The position numbers and the translations under genes are program-made. Positions 59,339 through 64,000 of a stretch of 64,000 bases of DNA are shown here, piece after piece; within the stretch, counting starts at the first letter, position 1, and each line of letters begins with the position of its first letter. The stretch comes from Acidobacteriota bacterium (lineage in GTDB: Bacteria > Acidobacteriota > UBA6911 > RPQK01 > JAJDTT01), in the NCBI GenBank assembly GCA_965209055.1, contig OZ242374.1:4416001-4480000 (forward strand). The letters run 5' to 3'. The notes under the pieces are model-generated. The model worked only from the letters and a program-made list of their open reading frames with translations, was not told the origin of the DNA and searched no databases.

Positions 59339-59704
59339 ATGACCTACATTGTGACCGAACGATGCGTCGACAACCGCTACACCGACTGTGTCGCCGACTG
59401 TCCAGTCGACTGCTTTTACGAGATCGAAGATCCGCACATGCTGATCATCAATCCGGACGAGTGTATCGACTGCGACGCCTGCGTCTCGTTGTGCCCGGTC
59501 AACGCCATCTACCCCGAGTCCGAGGTGCCGGAAGAGTACGACGAGTGGATCGACATGAACGACCCGGAACTCTGCACCGACGACAATCGGATTACCGACA
59601 CGGACGCGCCGCTGGACACGGCCATCACCATCGAAGAGGTGAAGAAAAGGGAGGAAGAGGATTTCGGCGAGGCACTGGAGGATCCATCCAGCGCCGCACA
59701 CTGA
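59339..59704 (+). CDS. fdxA: 7Fe-type ferredoxin (FdxA-like) with acidic tail
   Basis: MTYIVTERC-x7-C-x3-CP-xx-C...CIDCDACVSLCP; AAGGAG RBS. Confidence 0.88.
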   Translation: MTYIVTERCVDNRYTDCVADCPVDCFYEIEDPHMLIINPDECIDCDACVSLCPVNAIYPESEVPEEYDEWIDMNDPELCTDDNRITDTDAPLDTAITIEEVKKREEEDFGEALEDPSSAAH

Positions 59705-60073
59705 ATGCTTCCCCGGTCTGTTCGAGGGTCGATCCCGGCTTCCCGGACCGCCCGTTGTCCGAGGTCCCCCGGGATTGGCAGGAGGTCATTCGAAGAATTT
59801 CGGGAGCCGGTAAACAACCGCCCGCGCTCCCGGCCCCAAGTCGAATCCATTCCAGGCTCCGCGCGGCCGCAGGCCGAACTTCGCGGCGTCCGGCTCCGAG
59901 GCGGCAGTCGTATTGCCCCCCCTCTCCGCCATTCGAATTTCCTTTTGACCCCGCGGGACCCCAATCCCATCCCTGCGTCAGGTCCAATCTCGTCCGGAGG
60001 TGCAACGCTGAGGTCCGGTCGTAGTAGACTGGCCGGAAGGAGCGCGAACCGGCTGACAGGAGACAACTAAGCG

Positions 60074-60877
60074 ATGAAACGGAACAAGCTGAGAGAGGCT
60101 CTGAAGGCCGGAAGGCCCACGGTCGGGACCCACATCCACAGTTCCTGGCCGTCGGTGGTGGAGATCATCGGCCATACGGGAGTCTTCGACTACATCGAAT
60201 TCGTTGCGGAGTACGCTCCATTCGACCTCTTCTCCCTGGAAAACGTGTGCCGGGCGGCGGAGTTGCTGGGGCTTTCCTCCATGATCAAGCTGGACCAGGA
60301 ACCCCGGCGTTTTCTGGCTCAACGGTCCATCGGCGCCGGATTCGACAGTGTACTGTTCGCCGACTGCCGGAATCCGGATGACGTGCGGGAGTGCATCCGC
60401 GCGGTCAAGCCGGAAACTCCCGACGCCGGCGGCTACCACGGCGTCGGCGTGCGCCGGAGCAGCTACGTGCATGGTTCCGGACAATCGGATTACCCTCAGC
60501 AGTTGGACGACGTGGTGATCGCGTTCATGATCGAAAAGCGCACCGCGGTCGATGCTCTCGACGAGATCCTTGCCCTGGGAGGGGTGGACATGGTCCAGTG
60601 GGGTCCCGCCGACTACGCTCTGAGCATCGGCCGCCCCGGCGAGTTTCATGCGCCCGACGTCCGGGAAACGGAGCGGAGGGTGATCGCCACCTGCCTGGAA
60701 GCAGGGGTTCCGCCCCGTGCGGAGATCGAGAGCGTGGACCGGGCCAAGTACTACCTGGATCTGGGCGTTCGCCACTTCTGCATGGGGACCGACGTCATGA
60801 TTCTGTATCAGTTTCTGAGAGACCAGGGAGAGAAGCTCCAGGACGAGCTGGGCGAGATACTCGGGAAAGCGCCGTAA
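60074..60877 (+). CDS. HpcH/HpaI aldolase family protein
   Basis: NKLR..LK.G, MIEK, GPADY, MGTD. Confidence 0.85.
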   Translation: MKRNKLREALKAGRPTVGTHIHSSWPSVVEIIGHTGVFDYIEFVAEYAPFDLFSLENVCRAAELLGLSSMIKLDQEPRRFLAQRSIGAGFDSVLFADCRNPDDVRECIRAVKPETPDAGGYHGVGVRRSSYVHGSGQSDYPQQLDDVVIAFMIEKRTAVDALDEILALGGVDMVQWGPADYALSIGRPGEFHAPDVRETERRVIATCLEAGVPPRAEIESVDRAKYYLDLGVRHFCMGTDVMILYQFLRDQGEKLQDELGEILGKAP

Positions 60878-60945
60878 CCTCCCGGCGACGGCGCATCCGG
60901 ACGCGTGGTGATAGGCTGGCCGTTACAGACACACGGGAGGAGACA

Positions 60946-62022
60946 ATGCATCGATCCACATCCGTAACTCCAAGTCGCCGGTACTCTTGGGCCCTGACCA
61001 TCATTCTCCTCGCCGGACTGTGGGGCTGCGCCCCGGCCCCGCCGCCCCCCGCAGAGGAACCGGCCCCGCAGTGGCCCGAGTTGGCGGGCTACGAGTCCAT
61101 GGCCATCCCCGAGGACAACGCCATGACGGTGGCCAAGATCGAATTGGGGAAACAGCTCTACTACGACCCCCGGCTCAGCGGAGACGGCGTTCGGTCATGC
61201 TACGGCTGCCACCTGAAGGAAAATGGCCTGACCGACGGCAAGCCCGTCGCCATCGGGGCTTTCGACAAGACCCTGACCCGGTCCAGTCCGACTCTGTGGA
61301 ACATCGGATACCACTCCGAGCTCTACTGGGACGGACGCACCAAGGGGTTGGAAGCCCAGGTGAAGGGCGCCTGGCGCGGTGGCAACATGGGCGCCTCGGG
61401 CAAGGACGGCGCCCCCAGCATGGACGACGTCTGCGCCAAGCTGAACGAGATCCCCGGCTACAAGGAGCAGTTCCAGGCAATCTTCGGCGGCGAAGCCAAC
61501 CCCGACCGCGTCGCCCAGGCCGTGGCCTCGTTCATGCGGACCATCGTCGCCGTGGGCTCTCCCTGGGTCCGTTTCCGGGAAGGCGACGAGTCGGCGCTGA
61601 GTGAAGCGGCGCGGCGCGGATACACCATTTTCAGCGAAAAGGCCAAGTGCACCAACTGCCACGACGGCCTGCTCCTGACCGACCTCCAGTATCACAACGT
61701 GGGCATCGGCATGGACGCCGAGTCGCCTGACATCGGCCGCGCCAAGGTCTCCGGAGACGAGCAAGACACGGGCGCCTTCAAGACACCCACCTTGCTTGAC
61801 ATCGCTGAATCGGCGCCGTACTTCCACGACGGGAGCGCGGCCACCCTGGAAGAGGCCGTGGACGTGATGCTGGGCGGCGGCAAGCCGAACCAGTGGCTGG
61901 ACGAGGAGAACCTCCGGGATGCCAAGGAAGCTGAGTTGACCGAAGAGGAAGTGGCCGACCTCCTGGCCTTCCTGCGAGAGCTCGACGTCAACTACGACGT
62001 CAACCCGCCGGAGCTGCCTTGA
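60946..62022 (+). CDS. di-heme cytochrome c peroxidase (bCcP/MauG family) lipoprotein
   Basis: Lipobox LWGC, LGK.LYYDPRLS, CYGCH, WDGR, CTNCH, FKTPTL, APYFHDG; GGAGG RBS. Confidence 0.9.
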   Translation: MHRSTSVTPSRRYSWALTIILLAGLWGCAPAPPPPAEEPAPQWPELAGYESMAIPEDNAMTVAKIELGKQLYYDPRLSGDGVRSCYGCHLKENGLTDGKPVAIGAFDKTLTRSSPTLWNIGYHSELYWDGRTKGLEAQVKGAWRGGNMGASGKDGAPSMDDVCAKLNEIPGYKEQFQAIFGGEANPDRVAQAVASFMRTIVAVGSPWVRFREGDESALSEAARRGYTIFSEKAKCTNCHDGLLLTDLQYHNVGIGMDAESPDIGRAKVSGDEQDTGAFKTPTLLDIAESAPYFHDGSAATLEEAVDVMLGGGKPNQWLDEENLRDAKEAELTEEEVADLLAFLRELDVNYDVNPPELP

Positions 62023-62797
62023 CGGGAGGCGAGAGCAGGCAGTCGTCGTTCAGCGGAACGATGGGCGTGAAATCCCGGTGAGCGATCCACTCGGGCCGTT
62101 TGAACCTGCGGATGTGGTTGCTCACCTCGCAGAGGCTCAGATAGACGATGGTCCGGTTCCAGGGGCTGATGTTGGGCGGGCTGGCGTGGACCAGGTTTCC
62201 GTGGAACATGATCACGGATCCGGGCGGCCCCAGCGGAACCTCGATCCCTCCCTCATCGGCCAATCGGGTGATGGTCGCCCGATCCAGCGTCCAAAGCGGG
62301 TAGCTCGTGCTCTCCAGGTCGTGTCCCGCCTGCAGAACGCCCAGCTTGTGACTTCCCGGAATGAACATGAGGGGACCGTTGGCCGCGGTCACTTCGTCCA
62401 GGAAGACCGCGATGTTCATGGCGCGGGCCTCCGGCATGTGGTCGTCCCGTTTCCAGGTCCCGTAGTCCTGATGCCATTGCCAGACGTCGCCGTCGAAGGC
62501 GGCCTTGGCGTTGACCTTGTATTGGTGCATGTACACCGGACCGCCCAGGATCTGCATGACCGGCTCGATGAGCCGGGGATGGGCTCCCAGGAAGCGGAAC
62601 GGCTCGCTGTAGGTGTGGGCGGCAAAGGCCGTCCGGGCGGCGCCGCTGCTCTCCCGCCAGACTTCGGGCCGGTCCAGCTTGTAGATTCGCCGCGCCTCCT
62701 TCCGCAACGGCGCCACCTCCTCCACCTCGAACCGGCCGGGCAGAAAGAGGAACCCGTTCTTGCGGAAGGCCTCCAACTGTCGACGGGTGAGTCTCAT
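62000..62797 (-). CDS. phytanoyl-CoA dioxygenase family 2OG-Fe(II) enzyme (EctD/proline hydroxylase-like)
   Basis: WHQDYGTW (HxD), NGPL.FIPGSH, FHGNLVHAS.PN.SP..R. Confidence 0.88.
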   Translation of the reverse strand: MRLTRRQLEAFRKNGFLFLPGRFEVEEVAPLRKEARRIYKLDRPEVWRESSGAARTAFAAHTYSEPFRFLGAHPRLIEPVMQILGGPVYMHQYKVNAKAAFDGDVWQWHQDYGTWKRDDHMPEARAMNIAVFLDEVTAANGPLMFIPGSHKLGVLQAGHDLESTSYPLWTLDRATITRLADEGGIEVPLGPPGSVIMFHGNLVHASPPNISPWNRTIVYLSLCEVSNHIRRFKRPEWIAHRDFTPIVPLNDDCLLSPPVKAAPAG

Positions 62798-62928
62798 CGG
62801 AGTGAAATCTACCATAGATCCGGGGGAAGCGGCGCGGCCCGCCGCGGGCAGGGGAGGCGGGACTTGGCAGGTGCCGGCAACGGACCCGGCCATCCCGCCG
62901 TCACCACGGCCTGAGGACAGGAGGAGTC

Positions 62929-64000
62929 ATCTCCAAGCATCCCATCAGCGGCAATGTCCAAGGCATCCGGGCCTCTCAACGGCGGATGCTGGAGCGCACC
63001 TACCGCCGCCGCGTCCCTCCGCAGCAGGCGGTGACCCCCGAGCTGGCGCGGCATCTCACTTCCGCCTCCCACGACCTGGGCCGGGAAGTCGGGGTCCTGA
63101 TCGGCCGCGACGGCATCGTGCGCAACGTGATCGTCGGCAACGCCCGGGGACTCATGCTGCCCGACATCGGCCGTCTCCGCGGCGGGACCGGGCGATTCCG
63201 CGGTCTGCGGCTGCTCCACACGCGCCTCCGCGGTTCCGCCCTCAACCGCGACGACCTGAACGACCTGGTGCTGCTTCGCCTCGATCTGGTCGCCGTCATC
63301 GAGGTGTTGGACGGGGGGTGGCCGGGAAGGCTGGAAGCCGCCTACCTCGATCCCGCGTCCCTGGCCGGCAGCGGGAACGGGGATGTGCCGGCCGAACCCT
63401 TCCTGAGAATCCGATCCCGTTCGGTGCATGACCTGGAACTGGATTTCCAGGCCACGATCCAGGCGCTGGAGCGGGAGTTCGCCCGCCTGGCCCGGAGGAC
63501 CCGGGGACCGAAAGGCGCCGAGCGGGTCATGGTCGTCGGCCTCCGGCCCGAGGACGCCCATTTCGCCGAGACTTTGGAACTGGTCCGCTCCGCCGGCGTC
63601 ACCATCGCTGGACGCATGCGCCAACGGCGGCCCAGAATTCATCCGCGCACCGTATTGGGCAAGGGCAAGTTGGAGGAGTTGGTCCTGGAGAGCATGCGCT
63701 CGAACGCCACGGCGGCCGTCTTCGACATCGATCTGAAACCGGCGCAGGCACGGGCGTTCGAAGACCTGACCGGCCTCAAGGCAGTGGACCGCACCCAACT
63801 GATCCTGGACATCTTCGCCCAGCGAGCCCGCAGCGCCGACGGCAAGCTCCAGGTCGAACTGGCCCAACTGAAGTACTCCCTGCCCCGTCTGACCGAGAAG
63901 GACGAGGGCTTGTCCCGTCTCACGGGAGGCATCGGGGGCCGCGGACCGGGGGAAACGGTCATGGAGATCGGCCGGCGGCGGATTCGCACCCGAATCCGGC
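62929..64000 (+). CDS. hflX: GTPase HflX, long form (partial; runs off the window end)
   Basis: Not in the ORF track; translated by hand: ISGNVQGI..SQ...YRRRVP...TPELAR...VDRTQLILDIFAQRA.S.DGKLQVELAQL.Y.LPRL...GGRGPGET. Start probably ATC 62929; first in-frame ATG is 62986. Confidence 0.92.
   Translation, partial: MSKHPISGNVQGIRASQRRMLERTYRRRVPPQQAVTPELARHLTSASHDLGREVGVLIGRDGIVRNVIVGNARGLMLPDIGRLRGGTGRFRGLRLLHTRLRGSALNRDDLNDLVLLRLDLVAVIEVLDGGWPGRLEAAYLDPASLAGSGNGDVPAEPFLRIRSRSVHDLELDFQATIQALEREFARLARRTRGPKGAERVMVVGLRPEDAHFAETLELVRSAGVTIAGRMRQRRPRIHPRTVLGKGKLEELVLESMRSNATAAVFDIDLKPAQARAFEDLTGLKAVDRTQLILDIFAQRARSADGKLQVELAQLKYSLPRLTEKDEGLSRLTGGIGGRGPGETVMEIGRRRIRTRIR

Noticed and set aside
62000-62797. 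ectD (ectoine hydroxylase)
   Set aside because: The signature deviates (WHQDYGTW vs WHSDFETW) and there is no ectABC, so it is left as PhyH family.

Overview
GC-rich bacterial chromosome segment; the gene content and repeated secreted domains suggest Acidobacteriota (inference). It holds about 55 CDS, 2 tRNAs (Arg-CCG, Glu-TTC), 2 decayed genes and 2 MITE-like inverted-repeat elements. Housekeeping genes (rnhA, hpt, hslR, leuB, trxB, hflX, fdhD) are mixed with catabolic genes: LsrF, an aldolase/SDR fusion, hydantoinase A/B, Gfo/Idh/MocA oxidoreductases, an epimerase, two HpcH aldolases, an LLM oxidoreductase and a Dpp/Opp ABC transporter. The best candidate for an undescribed system is a three-gene envelope operon (porin, soluble CuA cupredoxin, di-heme DHOR protein). 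Its near-consensus promoter is overlapped by a DtxR/MntR-like palindrome, and a DtxR/MntR regulator is encoded 24 kb away. Other notable items: a Tat-exported PaoABC-like molybdoenzyme whose FAD subunit has lost [4Fe-4S] ligands but is coupled to a 71-aa Cys-rich protein; hflX apparently starting at ATC; a 4.5-kb insert flanked by a duplicated gene 3' end; MITEs sitting on TAG stop codons; a nuclease-like gene coupled to hpt; and an exported His-rich CbiX-like protein. No CRISPR array, rRNA, transposase or integrase was seen. All family calls come from motif recognition by eye; no database searches were run.
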